From a virus (lineage: Duplodnaviria; Caudoviricetes), in IMG/VR virus record IMGVR_UViG_3300042892_002922, positions 160,001 through 224,000 of that record: 64,000 nt of DNA. One strand, written 5' to 3'. Positions 1 to 10,541 of the stretch are shown piece after piece. The position numbers were made by a program, and so were the translations under genes. Each line of letters begins with the position of its first letter. The stretch's first letter is position 1. The notes below the pieces were generated by a model, which was not told the DNA's origin, ran no database searches, and saw only the letters and a list, made by a program, of their open reading frames with translations.

Positions 1-2
1 AA

Positions 3-1088
3 ACACCAACAAACACACCAACATTAACTTTAACTAGTACACCTACTAATACACCAACTATTGACTGTAATTTCGCAATTCAATATGTTGTTAACACACC
101 TACACCAACTCCGACACAAACTTTAACAGCTACACCAACATTAACACCTACTAATACTAATACACCTACTCAAACTTTAACTAGTACACCTACATTAACT
201 GCAACTAATACACCAACATTAACATCAACTAATACACCTACGTTAACGTTGACAAACACGCCTACATTAACATCAACACCTACTAACACACCAACACAAA
301 CTTTAACTAGTACACCTACTAATACACCAACTATTGACTGTAATTTCGCAATTCAATATGTTGTTAACACACCTACACCAACTCCGACACCAACATTAAC
401 TGCAACAAGTACACCTACATTAACCGCAACTAATACACCAACATTAACTGCAACAAGTACACCTACATTAACTGCAACTAATACACCTACGTTAACATCA
501 ACGCCTACTAACACACCAACACAAACATCAACAAACACACCTACATTAACCGCAACAAACACGCCTACACAAACATCAACAAGTACACCTACATTAACAG
601 CGACAAACACACCTACGTTAACATCAACACCTACTAATACGCCAACGTTAACCTTAACGTCAACGCCAACACCTACACCAACAACAACAGCTTATCTAGG
701 TTATTACAACTGTGGATACGGTTGTGAATATTACTCAACACCACCAGTTGGATGTATTGAGTGTAATCCAAACGCAACAGATGTTGTAATTAGTGCTTGT
801 GTAATGGCTGGTGGTAATAATAGTACAACGGTACAAGTAAATTCCGATGTTTCGGTGAACACAAATGTTACCGTTGATGTGAGAATAATTGGTGATTTAG
901 GTACTGATACCGCGCATACTATAACAATACTTAATGGTTATTTTTGTGCTAGTACTGTAAATGGACCAGCTTTACAAAATTATGAAATCATAACCGATGC
1001 TTGGATTATGGACGTAAACCCAGCATCAAACGGTTCACAAAACTACATAATTGGATTAGTTGCATTAAATAGTTGTTTTGGATGCTAA
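3..1088 (+). CDS. Thr/Pro-repeat (mucin-like) virion surface protein, 5' truncated by window edge
   Basis: Frame is open from base 3 ([15 protein letters not shown]...), so the TTG at 249 in the track is not the true start; long TPT repeats, Cys-rich C-terminal beta-rich domain. Confidence 0.75.
   Translation, partial: TPTNTPTLTLTSTPTNTPTIDCNFAIQYVVNTPTPTPTQTLTATPTLTPTNTNTPTQTLTSTPTLTATNTPTLTSTNTPTLTLTNTPTLTSTPTNTPTQTLTSTPTNTPTIDCNFAIQYVVNTPTPTPTPTLTATSTPTLTATNTPTLTATSTPTLTATNTPTLTSTPTNTPTQTSTNTPTLTATNTPTQTSTSTPTLTATNTPTLTSTPTNTPTLTLTSTPTPTPTTTAYLGYYNCGYGCEYYSTPPVGCIECNPNATDVVISACVMAGGNNSTTVQVNSDVSVNTNVTVDVRIIGDLGTDTAHTITILNGYFCASTVNGPALQNYEIITDAWIMDVNPASNGSQNYIIGLVALNSCFGC
28..390 (+). repeat. 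Perfect 90-bp direct repeat (28-117 and 301-390) encoding [30 protein letters not shown]
   Basis: Two identical copies read directly from the sequence, 273 bp apart, in frame. Confidence 0.9.
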
Positions 1089-1134
1089 ACCTTTAGAATA
1101 ATTTGAAATAATAGTATATTTATAGTAGACAAAT

Positions 1135-2229
1135 ATGGCATACGTAACAATAACATTAGCGGCTGGATCTTCCACAAATAGTGGGCCTTTTGATATAATT
1201 GGCACACCTGGGAACGCTTTATTATTTTCTACTCAATCGTATAACGACCTATCAACCGGTCAAGTATATGATATTGATATGGGGATATATACTGGTATTA
1301 CTTTAACTAGTTCGGGTACTTGTAATAATAGTGTTGGACCATATACATTTGATAGTGGACCTGTTTGCTTGTGTGATGAGGGATATACGGTGACAAATGA
1401 TGGTTTAGGTTGTTATAAAGTAACAATAACAAGTGCAACGTCAGTAGACACAAAACAACCAGGAACTGGCGCCGCTAACGGTGCTTATGGCGATTTTGGT
1501 GTTTTGATATACAATGTTAGTGATTTCAATTTAAATGGTAGTTCAACTAGTGGTAATTACGCATATAACGGTAGCTATTTTGGAACTAACGCTAGTATGA
1601 CAGTTAGTGAATTATTCTGGGCTAATAGAATGAATTATAACGGAGTTTGGGTTAGTGGAAACCCAAATTATGTTGGCACACTTAGTTTTTGTACAACAAT
1701 AAATGTTGCAACAACCAAGGTTTATTATATAGGCATTGCTGGTGATAATGAGATTATGATTAAAGTTAATGGAACAACAATAGTAGACCAACCAGCAGGT
1801 GGAACGACAGTTGGCGGATCTACAACTGCGTCAAACAACTTTAAATATTGGCACGTTTATCCATATGTGTTAAACGCTGGGCCAAATATTGTTGAATTAT
1901 CAAACTATAATGCTGGTTCTGTTGGAGATTACGCAGCGGAAATATATGACAACACATTGGCACAATTAACTGGTGCAACTTCAGCAAGTAGTTTAAATAT
2001 AATATTCTCAACTGGTGATTATTTACCAGCTAGGGCGATATCTGGTGTAACAACAGCTGCTTCGGCGGGCTCCGTTCAATTTATTGAAAACGTAGGCGCT
2101 GGTTCAAAATACGGACAAGGTTTCTGTACTAATTATAGTTGCGCAAGTGGATATGTTTTAGATACATCTGATCCAGAAACGCCAACTTGTAAATTAATAG
2201 AATACGCAGTGTGTATTAATTTAACATAA
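1135..2229 (+). CDS. Putative virion surface protein with Cys-rich EGF-like modules flanking a beta-sandwich (PA14/lectin-like) domain
   Basis: CLCDEGYTVTNDGLGC and CTNYSCASGYVL...TCK modules; YYIGIAGDNEIMIKVNG beta-sandwich-like motif; TATTTATA 10 nt upstream. Confidence 0.55.
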   Translation: MAYVTITLAAGSSTNSGPFDIIGTPGNALLFSTQSYNDLSTGQVYDIDMGIYTGITLTSSGTCNNSVGPYTFDSGPVCLCDEGYTVTNDGLGCYKVTITSATSVDTKQPGTGAANGAYGDFGVLIYNVSDFNLNGSSTSGNYAYNGSYFGTNASMTVSELFWANRMNYNGVWVSGNPNYVGTLSFCTTINVATTKVYYIGIAGDNEIMIKVNGTTIVDQPAGGTTVGGSTTASNNFKYWHVYPYVLNAGPNIVELSNYNAGSVGDYAAEIYDNTLAQLTGATSASSLNIIFSTGDYLPARAISGVTTAASAGSVQFIENVGAGSKYGQGFCTNYSCASGYVLDTSDPETPTCKLIEYAVCINLT

Positions 2230-2260
2230 AATATAAAATATAAAATATAAAATATAAAAC
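2226..2260. repeat. Intergenic 7-bp tandem repeat (ATAAAAT)x4 + ATAAAAC
   Basis: Read directly; ends at the ATG of 2261. Confidence 0.85.
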
Positions 2261-2779
2261 ATGGACATAACAATTAGTTTTTCAACAACACCATCATTAT
2301 CTGTGGGACCTTTTACGGTTACCGTTAGAGATAGTGGTAATACCGCAACACAAACATTTTTAAATGTTACTAGAGCAACAATATTAAGTGGATATTTGAT
2401 TCAAAATATAACTTCTTTAGACGAATCTATTAGAGTAGAAAGTTCTGGAACTTGTAGCACATTAGATACAGTGGACATTAGTTCGGTAACTGGTGGTGGC
2501 GGTGGCGGCGGTGGCGGCGAACACACATCAAATAGCGTATTCTATTATGGTACATCAGATATAAATGCTTGTAACACAGGAACCGCATTACCTGTAACAG
2601 TATTCTACGACGGTCTTTTAAGTTCATTAATGTCAGGAGATTATCTATATGAAGACCAAACTGGTACACCATTAACTTCGGGTTACTATTTCAACGATGG
2701 TTTAACATTTGGATTATTTAATGTTGCGGCAGGAGGCATGATTTCAACAATAAGTGATTGTAGCGGTAGTGCCCCATAA
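2261..2779 (+). CDS. Putative virion protein, two small beta domains joined by a poly-Gly linker
   Basis: 172-aa ORF, G9 linker, Cys-closed C-terminal domain; lies in the structural cluster. Confidence 0.6.
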   Translation: MDITISFSTTPSLSVGPFTVTVRDSGNTATQTFLNVTRATILSGYLIQNITSLDESIRVESSGTCSTLDTVDISSVTGGGGGGGGGEHTSNSVFYYGTSDINACNTGTALPVTVFYDGLLSSLMSGDYLYEDQTGTPLTSGYYFNDGLTFGLFNVAAGGMISTISDCSGSAP

Positions 2780-2800
2780 TCTTTTGACTTATAACTGATT

Positions 2801-2828
2801 AAAACCCCTTTATTTTAAGGGGTTTTTT
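2801..2828 (+). terminator. Intrinsic terminator
   Basis: AAAACCCCTT-loop-AAGGGGTTTT followed by T run directly after stop at 2779. Confidence 0.8.
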
Positions 2829-2861
2829 ATTTAAATTATATGTAAAGGTATTTATACTATT

Positions 2862-4004
2862 ATGGGTGTTTCAATAAGATTAATTAATATTAGTGGGTCA
2901 ACATCGTATAGCGTGGCGTATTCAACCTCGCCATACGGTTCATTTACAACAGCTCTTACAGGTACGACATCCACAGCAACAATTAGTGGTGCCCCATTTG
3001 AATTCGACACGCAATATTATATTAAACTGACAGATTTGGTTACAAATAGATATATTATTGAAAATATATATATTCACGATAGTAAAGCATACCCATTATA
3101 TGATACAATTGATTTTGATTTAAGTGCTTCATGTGTTCCACCACCATTAACACCAACAGCAACACCTACTTTAACATTAACACAAACACCTACACAAACA
3201 TTAACTGCTAGTATTGGGTTAACACCAACAGCGACACCTACTTTAACATTAACGCAAACACCTACGGCTAGTTTGGCTGAACCATTGCCAGGTTGTGGTG
3301 ATACATTGACAGGAACTTATATTCCAACAGGTTTTACGATTCAAACACAAGCATTAGATTTATCTGAAGCTACTGATGAATCAATAATAAGTGTTGGGTA
3401 CGTTGCGTATGATAGACCAAATAGATTTAATATTTACGGAAATGGGATGTTAATTGAGGATAGCGGATGGGTAGGTGCGGATAACACATATTTTGGACCA
3501 TGGGGAACTGCGGGAAGTTTAACAGATCCAGATGGTACCGGTTCGTTCACATTTACATATCAAAGTGGAATGTCTTATGAATTACGTGTTGACGTTGGTC
3601 CGGCGAATCCACTTGCCGATCCGGCTTATCCTTCTGATGGATGGTCGGTTACATTTACTTGTTTAGGATCACCAACACCAACTCCGACACCGACACTGAC
3701 AGCATCACTTGGTCAATGTTACACATATCGTGTTGCACAAGCTGCGCCTGTTAGCACAACAGAATATGGTATAAGATACAGATATCCTGGATCACTTTCA
3801 ACTGACAATCGCCTCGAAACTTTGTATCAAGGGATAGCAACAATTGAGGGTGTTGATTATTTCACATATTCAATATGTAGTTCGGAGGAACCAACGTGGC
3901 TTGCGATGACAACCCCTAGTTCGGGAACTGGTACGACAGTTCCAAATGGTGTTTATAGATTCGGGCCATTAGGAGGATGTAGTGGTAATCCAGAATGTAT
4001 ATAA
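2862..4004 (+). CDS. Thr/Pro-repeat multi-domain virion surface protein
   Basis: Beta domains separated by [14 protein letters not shown] repeats; paired Cys; TATTTATA upstream. Confidence 0.65.
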   Translation: MGVSIRLINISGSTSYSVAYSTSPYGSFTTALTGTTSTATISGAPFEFDTQYYIKLTDLVTNRYIIENIYIHDSKAYPLYDTIDFDLSASCVPPPLTPTATPTLTLTQTPTQTLTASIGLTPTATPTLTLTQTPTASLAEPLPGCGDTLTGTYIPTGFTIQTQALDLSEATDESIISVGYVAYDRPNRFNIYGNGMLIEDSGWVGADNTYFGPWGTAGSLTDPDGTGSFTFTYQSGMSYELRVDVGPANPLADPAYPSDGWSVTFTCLGSPTPTPTPTLTASLGQCYTYRVAQAAPVSTTEYGIRYRYPGSLSTDNRLETLYQGIATIEGVDYFTYSICSSEEPTWLAMTTPSSGTGTTVPNGVYRFGPLGGCSGNPECI

Positions 4005-4016
4005 TATTTATTAATA

Positions 4017-4307
4017 ATGGCAACATATAATATAACAATATCGAATATAAGCGGAAGCACAACACCGTGTAGTGTTTATAACATTTATACCGGAACTACT
4101 TGGGAAACAATACCAACAACACCGCTTTTTTCTGATGTTGCCATACCATTAAATGGAAAAACATTTCAAATAATATATTCTGGCGCATCAAAATATGTTT
4201 GTGTTTTTGTTGAACATTGCGATGACCATATAACACCAGTACCAAATGCAACGCCTAAAAAACAGGGGGGATATCAAATAAGATTAGTGGAATTAATTCC
4301 ATGTTAA
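4017..4307 (+). CDS. Small hypothetical virion-associated protein
   Basis: 96-aa ORF tightly packed in operon, TATTTAT 5 nt upstream. Confidence 0.6.
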   Translation: MATYNITISNISGSTTPCSVYNIYTGTTWETIPTTPLFSDVAIPLNGKTFQIIYSGASKYVCVFVEHCDDHITPVPNATPKKQGGYQIRLVELIPC

Positions 4308-4317
4308 AGATAAATAA

Positions 4318-5823
4318 ATGGCTAAAGGAGTAACAATAAATTTTACAATAGATTCGGATCATTCACAATCAAATTTTCCTCAATATGTTTATACTGGGTT
4401 AACTGCTGATAATGTGACTGGAACTACAATATGTAATGGGATAACCGCTAGCAGTTGTGCTTTAACAGGTTTAAGCGACACTTTAACACAAGTTTATGTA
4501 AAGATTAATTGCAATGGTTGTGACGACCAAATATTTTTGGTTTCATTAGTAGACCCAACACCAACAGCTACACCAACACCAACTTTAACAGCGACAGCTA
4601 CAAATACACCAACAAGTACACCTACTCAAACACCTACAAACACAACAACCGAAGGTGCGACCCCAACGGCCACGCCAACATTAACGCTAACAGCTACACC
4701 GACAAATACAACATCATCGGTTATAGACCCAACTCAAACAAGTACACCAACTCAAACACCGACAAATACTCAAACAAGCACACCAAGTGCAACATATGTT
4801 TACTATAAACTAAGACCTTGTGAGTATCAAGGATTTACTGGATATTTGGATGGCGATTATGATGTTTGGTCATATTCATTAGTTTCTGGAACATTTAGTA
4901 GTGGTGACAGAGTTGAAGGTAGTGCGAGTTACTATTATGTTGTTATGGGTTCTCAAATGGCAACTACTGACCCAACAGGTGGCGGTACGAAATATACCGT
5001 ATATGCTGTTGAGGGTGAAACAGGTTGTCCGGCACCACCACCATCAGCAACATTAAGAACGGCATATTTAACAGCGGCGTGGGCACATGATGGTTCAGTG
5101 GGTTATATACAACAATTAGCAGATACATGTGGATTATACCCATACCAAGCATCGTCATTGGGGTATACAGGTTTAACACAAGGTGGATCAACATCTTTCT
5201 ATGTTAATGAGGCGTCAATTGTACCAGGAACAATATACACATTATATGATTCAAATATAAGTGGTGGTGGTAATGTTGTAAATGGTGGTGACAAGTACTA
5301 CTCAATATTAATATATGGTAGTGGAAGTACATTCAACTATGTTGTTCGTATAAGTAGTTCGGGAGAATTAAGTGAATGGAATTATTGTACCACACCAACA
5401 CAAACACCAACTCCAACACCAACATTAACAGCAACACCGACATTAACACCTAGTGCGGCCGGGGCACCGGGGTCAGCATGTATTCAAATAACAGAATATT
5501 CTTCACAAGGTACCACTGAATGTTTATCTAATACTGTACCATATTTCTATACCGTTATTACAGCATTATTAACTGATGGTAATGGTAATGCAATGAATGC
5601 TGTTGGTGATGTATATGCCTATGTTAATGTTACGGTAGATGTCCTTTACCAGCAGGAAAATACATATGAATATCCAATTGAAATAAGTAGTGGAACAAGT
5701 TCGGGCACGCTTACCATTGATACATCAGTACCTGTAGATAATGGACAAGGTAATTGTGAAAATGAAACAAGAGTAATAAATTCTTATAGTGCACAAGTCG
5801 GATATAGTATATGCGCACCTTAA
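4318..5823 (+). CDS. Thr/Pro-repeat multi-domain virion surface protein
   Basis: Two TPT tracts separating Cys-bounded beta domains. Confidence 0.65.
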   Translation: MAKGVTINFTIDSDHSQSNFPQYVYTGLTADNVTGTTICNGITASSCALTGLSDTLTQVYVKINCNGCDDQIFLVSLVDPTPTATPTPTLTATATNTPTSTPTQTPTNTTTEGATPTATPTLTLTATPTNTTSSVIDPTQTSTPTQTPTNTQTSTPSATYVYYKLRPCEYQGFTGYLDGDYDVWSYSLVSGTFSSGDRVEGSASYYYVVMGSQMATTDPTGGGTKYTVYAVEGETGCPAPPPSATLRTAYLTAAWAHDGSVGYIQQLADTCGLYPYQASSLGYTGLTQGGSTSFYVNEASIVPGTIYTLYDSNISGGGNVVNGGDKYYSILIYGSGSTFNYVVRISSSGELSEWNYCTTPTQTPTPTPTLTATPTLTPSAAGAPGSACIQITEYSSQGTTECLSNTVPYFYTVITALLTDGNGNAMNAVGDVYAYVNVTVDVLYQQENTYEYPIEISSGTSSGTLTIDTSVPVDNGQGNCENETRVINSYSAQVGYSICAP

Positions 5824-5854
5824 TGATAAAAATAAAAAAAGATATTTATAACAT

Positions 5855-7957
5855 ATGAGCTTTTTAAACAGTAATAATTCAGAATTTTTAACAGCAAGAA
5901 TTACCCAAAAAGGTAGAAAATCTATCGCTGAGGGTAATTTTGTAATAAGTTATTTCCAAATAGGTGATTCTGAATTTGATTACAACTTCACAGGATTCAC
6001 TGGGAATGGTGTAACACCACATCAAAAAGTGTTGGCGCCAATGGATAAAGATGCTCAAGTAAAGTATCCATATAAATTAACATCATCTGAAAGTTTAACA
6101 TACGGTAACCCAATAAAACAAAATACGTTAGATACAATTAAAAATGTTATGGGACCGGCAGGTTTCGTTTCAGATTACGTTGAATATGATTCAGTGGATT
6201 GTACTGGAACAACAATTGCATGTGAGATACAAGAAATATCGTTATCACAAGTTGATGGTACTAATTTATTAACAGTTTTAACTGGTGCAACATACAATGG
6301 TTGTGAATATGTCACAATTCTTTTTAACAGTAGAACCTGCGGTGAGATACCAACATTAACTGGTGAAACAAATAGTTTGGTTTATAAAATTACAGGTATA
6401 ACGGGTAATGAATTAGCGTTTGATAGAATTATGCCAAACTTCTCATCATTAAGTGGTTACGCACAAGTGATATGTCACAATTGTGATGTTGAGTTTGGGT
6501 CTGATACTACAGCAACAACTGTTTGTTCACCATCACCCGTAGATCCATCAGCAGCACATGATCCATGGAGAATGGAAATCGTTTGGACAGAAAAACCAGC
6601 AGGATTAAATGCATCAAATGAAAGTTTAACAGGATATACTGGGACACAATACGCATCAACAAAAGAATATTTAGGATATAATAGTATATCAGGTCAAACA
6701 TTTACAAATTTTACTGGAGGAACACTATCAACACCAACAACATTTGTTAATTCATTTGGTGAAGAAGTTAATGTTAAACCAGAAGACCAAAGAGTAATAG
6801 CAATATTACATTACTCAGAATTAGGAGATTCGGTTAACGACCCTGAAAGATTTTTTAAATACGATGATTACATCGCATCTGAAACTGAAGATGATATTTT
6901 AAGTTTCGAAGTGTACATTCCGTTTATGTTATATCATAGAAATACTGGTACCACTATTGGTGCAGTGTTTACTATGGATGAAACAAATTATTATGTAACA
7001 TCAAGTAAGAACGATAAACCAAATACTAATAATGTTGTATTCAGATATCTTTTAGATGAACAAGGTTATAAAGTTGGTAAAGTTTTCACAGGTAAAAAGA
7101 TAATAGTATTTGATGACCAAGAAATTATAGCAGCATTAGAATACAAATCAAATAGAAGATTCACACTACCTTCACCAAGAGTTAGTGCAGTTCCGGTGGA
7201 TTTACCATGTACTGTTGGGGATCAGCCAATGATAACAAGTGGTGAAACAGCATATATCACATATGAATTAGAACTAACAGGAAATACAGCATTAAGTGGG
7301 ATACATTGTAATTACTATAATAGTGTTACTGGTATATCTGTGAATGCATCAATTAAATTCAATACTGATGATTTCAAGTATATGAATAATAATGCCAATT
7401 TAGTTGGTAGCACCAGCGGATTTAGAGCAAATAAGTTTAAAGCATTAGTTCAAATAGTTTCAGGAAGTACACAACCAGAATCAGATTCTTGGACTGTAAT
7501 AGATTTAACAGACCAAATACCTAACCACACAGTTGGTAGTTTAATTGATCCTGATAATTTATGTGACTATCAGTTTGTTATCGGTCAAGATATGTTAGAT
7601 GGTGGTTCTTTATATTCAATCGGAACAAATACGTCAACAACAGATAATTTAATTGGTTATCAACCAACATTAACTAGCGGTGATGCTACACTTCCACAAT
7701 TTGGTGATAGTCAACCATTTCCAGGTAGTGTTAAGTTAACCAGAGCATCTGATTTAGAGGTTATGACGTTTATGATTAACCTACCGTCATCACAATTCAC
7801 ACAAACTCAGAATCCTACGTATATTTCTGGTGCAACTAAAAGAATTACAGAGGTAGCATTACTAGACGCAAGTAAAAATGTATTGGCGATGTCAAAAACA
7901 GCTAAACCAGTTATAAGGTCTGGAGTACAAGTTTTTGCACTAAAAATTGATTTTTAA
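5855..7957 (+). CDS. Structural protein, tail-collar/baseplate-fibre-like (DUF3751-like N- and C-terminal motifs)
   Basis: N-terminal LTARITQKGRKSIA...FQIGDSE and C-terminal ITEVALLD...VLAMSKTAKP resemble the two halves of the tail-collar fibre motif. Confidence 0.5.
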   Translation: MSFLNSNNSEFLTARITQKGRKSIAEGNFVISYFQIGDSEFDYNFTGFTGNGVTPHQKVLAPMDKDAQVKYPYKLTSSESLTYGNPIKQNTLDTIKNVMGPAGFVSDYVEYDSVDCTGTTIACEIQEISLSQVDGTNLLTVLTGATYNGCEYVTILFNSRTCGEIPTLTGETNSLVYKITGITGNELAFDRIMPNFSSLSGYAQVICHNCDVEFGSDTTATTVCSPSPVDPSAAHDPWRMEIVWTEKPAGLNASNESLTGYTGTQYASTKEYLGYNSISGQTFTNFTGGTLSTPTTFVNSFGEEVNVKPEDQRVIAILHYSELGDSVNDPERFFKYDDYIASETEDDILSFEVYIPFMLYHRNTGTTIGAVFTMDETNYYVTSSKNDKPNTNNVVFRYLLDEQGYKVGKVFTGKKIIVFDDQEIIAALEYKSNRRFTLPSPRVSAVPVDLPCTVGDQPMITSGETAYITYELELTGNTALSGIHCNYYNSVTGISVNASIKFNTDDFKYMNNNANLVGSTSGFRANKFKALVQIVSGSTQPESDSWTVIDLTDQIPNHTVGSLIDPDNLCDYQFVIGQDMLDGGSLYSIGTNTSTTDNLIGYQPTLTSGDATLPQFGDSQPFPGSVKLTRASDLEVMTFMINLPSSQFTQTQNPTYISGATKRITEVALLDASKNVLAMSKTAKPVIRSGVQVFALKIDF

Positions 7958-7994
7958 CCATTTACATTTTTAATATCTATAGTTATTCTTGTTT

Positions 7995-8591
7995 ATGGAA
8001 ACAAAATTCAAAAACAAATCTAAAATTTTAGGATTAGATATCTCAACCAAAACTATTGGTTGGGCACTATTCGATTTAGCCGGTAAGAAGTTGTTAGAGT
8101 TAACACATTTCTCACCAAAGGTTAAACCCCTACCAGAAGACAAATTAGAGGAATTAATGAAAAAAGCGGATGCTTTCAAGAAACAACTTGAGGGTTATCG
8201 TGATATGGGTATTGTTAAAGTTATCATTGAAGAACCATTATTAAATTCTAATAATATCTACACAGTAGGTACATTATTAAGATATAACACAATGATTTGC
8301 AAGATAGTATACGATATTTTGGGTATTGTTCCGACATTTATTTCCACATATAATGCAAGAAAATTTGCGTTCCCAGATTTAGTTGGTCCAAATGATAAAG
8401 GTAGAAATGTTCTATTTGGCGGTTATCCTAAAGATATTGATAAGAAACATGTGGTTTGGGAACACGTAAACGCTGTTTGCCCAGAAGTTACTTGGTTATA
8501 TGGTAAAACCGGTTCATTAAGAAAAGAAAACTATGATATGAGTGATGCTGCAACAGCGGTAATCGGCTATATTAACATGTTAAAAGAATAA
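7995..8591 (+). CDS. ruvC: RuvC-like Holliday junction resolvase / RNase H-fold nuclease
   Basis: ILGLDISTKTIGW, IIEEP and DMSDA acidic catalytic motifs; ATG at 7995 preferred over TTG at 7989. Confidence 0.75.
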   Translation: METKFKNKSKILGLDISTKTIGWALFDLAGKKLLELTHFSPKVKPLPEDKLEELMKKADAFKKQLEGYRDMGIVKVIIEEPLLNSNNIYTVGTLLRYNTMICKIVYDILGIVPTFISTYNARKFAFPDLVGPNDKGRNVLFGGYPKDIDKKHVVWEHVNAVCPEVTWLYGKTGSLRKENYDMSDAATAVIGYINMLKE

Positions 8592-8603
8592 GGCAACTAG
8601 TAT

Positions 8604-8634
8604 TTTGTTATTAATTATTAATAGCGTATATTAG
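8604..8634 (+). promoter_or_regulatory. Bacteroidota-type housekeeping promoter (TTTG-N19-TATATTAG)
   Basis: Resembles the -33 TTTG / -7 TAnnTTTG consensus with 19-nt spacer. Confidence 0.5.
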
Positions 8635-8639
8635 TATAC

Positions 8640-8716
8640 AATACAGCAAATCGGGTGCACAGAAATGTACATCTGGTTGGTGTTCCCCTGGGGTGGTGTC
8701 CAGGGGATTTTTTTTT
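8640..8716 (+). ncRNA. Candidate small structured RNA (GAAA-tetraloop hairpin + terminator hairpin)
   Basis: GC-rich island between promoter and T9 terminator; hairpin 8652-8675 with two G-U pairs and GAAA loop; hairpin 8684-8707. Confidence 0.45.
8684..8716 (+). terminator. Intrinsic terminator
   Basis: TCCCCTGG/CCAGGGGA 8-bp stem followed by T9. Confidence 0.8.
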
Positions 8717-8743
8717 CTCACATATTTTACATATATTAGGCAT

Positions 8744-9682
8744 ATGCCGGAAACCGAAATCGACTATTCAGCTATTGTTGACCTTTTAGAGGACATATTG
8801 GGAGAACCACATATGCACAATGACTATAGGTGTCAAATATCTTTTGACTGCCCTGTCTGCTCGTATGAGTTAAAGGGGTTAGATGAAGGGGATGGTAAGG
8901 GTAATTTAGAAATTAACTATCGTTTTGGGGTTTATAAGTGCTGGGCGTGTAGTGAAACACACGATACTCACGGTGGGCTATATAAGTTAATCAAAAAATA
9001 TGGTCGACCTAAACATACAAAACGTTATGAGTTATTGAGACCAGATGATATTGGTGAATTAAGAAAAGTAACTAAGGTTGCGAGGTTACCAAACGAGTAC
9101 ATTCCATTAAAAGACGCTAGTATGGGTTTAAAATTAACTCATTACTATAAACAGGCGATGAATTATTTACGTAGTAGAAATATTACTGACGAAATGATTG
9201 AAAAATATCGAATAGGATTTGCATACACTGGTTTATACGCTAGTAGAATCATAATCCCATCATATGGGCATGATTTAATGTTAAACTATTTCATTGCCAG
9301 ATCATATGCCCCAAACACTAAATTAAAATATAAAAATCCAGATGTCAGAAAAGAGGATTTGATTTTTAATGAACATTTGCTTGATTGGACTAAACCAATC
9401 AACATTGTTGAGGGCGCATTTGACAGTATATTCGTACCAAACTCAATACCATTACTTGGTAAATTTGTTAGTGAGTTTGTTTTCAATAAGATATATGATA
9501 ACGCAACCGGGATTACGATATTATTAGATGGAGATGCGTGGGAAGATGCACAAAGAGTATATCATAAATTAAATGGCGGTAGATTATTTGGTAAAGTTTG
9601 GATAGTAAAACTAGATATTGATAAAGATATCGCTGACTTACAAGGAAAATTAGAAAATTATAAACCCTTTCAATTAAAGTAA
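8744..9682 (+). CDS. DNA primase (Zn finger + TOPRIM)
   Basis: CPVC...CWAC zinc finger; IVEGAFD and LLDGDA TOPRIM motifs; ATG at 8744 preferred over GTG at 8693, which lies in the terminator loop. Confidence 0.8.
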   Translation: MPETEIDYSAIVDLLEDILGEPHMHNDYRCQISFDCPVCSYELKGLDEGDGKGNLEINYRFGVYKCWACSETHDTHGGLYKLIKKYGRPKHTKRYELLRPDDIGELRKVTKVARLPNEYIPLKDASMGLKLTHYYKQAMNYLRSRNITDEMIEKYRIGFAYTGLYASRIIIPSYGHDLMLNYFIARSYAPNTKLKYKNPDVRKEDLIFNEHLLDWTKPINIVEGAFDSIFVPNSIPLLGKFVSEFVFNKIYDNATGITILLDGDAWEDAQRVYHKLNGGRLFGKVWIVKLDIDKDIADLQGKLENYKPFQLK

Positions 9683-9683
9683 C

Positions 9684-10541
9684 ATGGATTTAAAAGAAAT
9701 CTCGTTAGAGATAAATGAATTATTGACTAAAAGAAGAAATGAATTAGAACTCACCTTTGTTGAGGACAAACACATTTATTATATGAAGGATCTTGATGGT
9801 ATTGTCAGAGATGACTTCCCATCTGTTTCTAGAGTAATTAAAAGATTTCACAAAGCATTTGACGCACCGGCCAAAGCATTAGAAATGTCTAAAGGTGACA
9901 GGACGAAACAACAACAATTATTGGGTGAATGGCGAGCGGCTGGGGACTACTCAACAAATATGGGTAGTCGTGTTCACTATGTTTTAGAGTCGGAGACAAT
10001 CCAACGTTATGGTGGTTATAAAGAGGTTAGAGAACCAATTTTCAATTGTGATGAAAGTCAAATTATTAAAGGCGACAACATGATTAAAGCTGGTAATTCA
10101 TTTTTAGATTTAATGGCTGAACGTGGAGCAGTTCTATTAGATACTGAAATTATTTTAGGTGATAATGAGCTGGGCTATACGGGACAACCAGATAAGGTTT
10201 GGTTAATGATGAATAAGGATAACACCAATTACGGAATCGTAATTACTGATTGGAAAACAAATCAACCAAAAAACTTCGAGGTTCATCATTATACTGGTAA
10301 ATTGTATCCACCATTTAATGATTATCATGATAATGCATTAGGTCATTATTTTTTACAACTACCTCTTTATGTTCGTTTATTGTTAAAAATGTTAAGTGGA
10401 ACAAAATATGCCGATTTAAAATTACTAGGTGGTGTAATTGTATTATTAAAAGACGACGGAACATATGTTGAATATAAGGTACCGCCTGTTATTAGTTCAA
10501 CAATTTTAAGAATGGATTTAAGCAAATACACAAGAAAATGA
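9684..10541 (+). CDS. PD-(D/E)XK family exonuclease
   Basis: GQPDKVW, ITDWKT and YFLQLPLY (QxxxY) motifs. Confidence 0.8.
   Translation: MDLKEISLEINELLTKRRNELELTFVEDKHIYYMKDLDGIVRDDFPSVSRVIKRFHKAFDAPAKALEMSKGDRTKQQQLLGEWRAAGDYSTNMGSRVHYVLESETIQRYGGYKEVREPIFNCDESQIIKGDNMIKAGNSFLDLMAERGAVLLDTEIILGDNELGYTGQPDKVWLMMNKDNTNYGIVITDWKTNQPKNFEVHHYTGKLYPPFNDYHDNALGHYFLQLPLYVRLLLKMLSGTKYADLKLLGGVIVLLKDDGTYVEYKVPPVISSTILRMDLSKYTRK

Noticed and set aside
353-610. Minus-strand VAVNVGV ORF
   Set aside because: Antisense shadow of the Thr-Pro repeat
8640-8716. tRNA gene
   Set aside because: No cloverleaf, TTC-loop or acceptor stem; only two hairpins. No tRNA or rRNA was recognised elsewhere in the window
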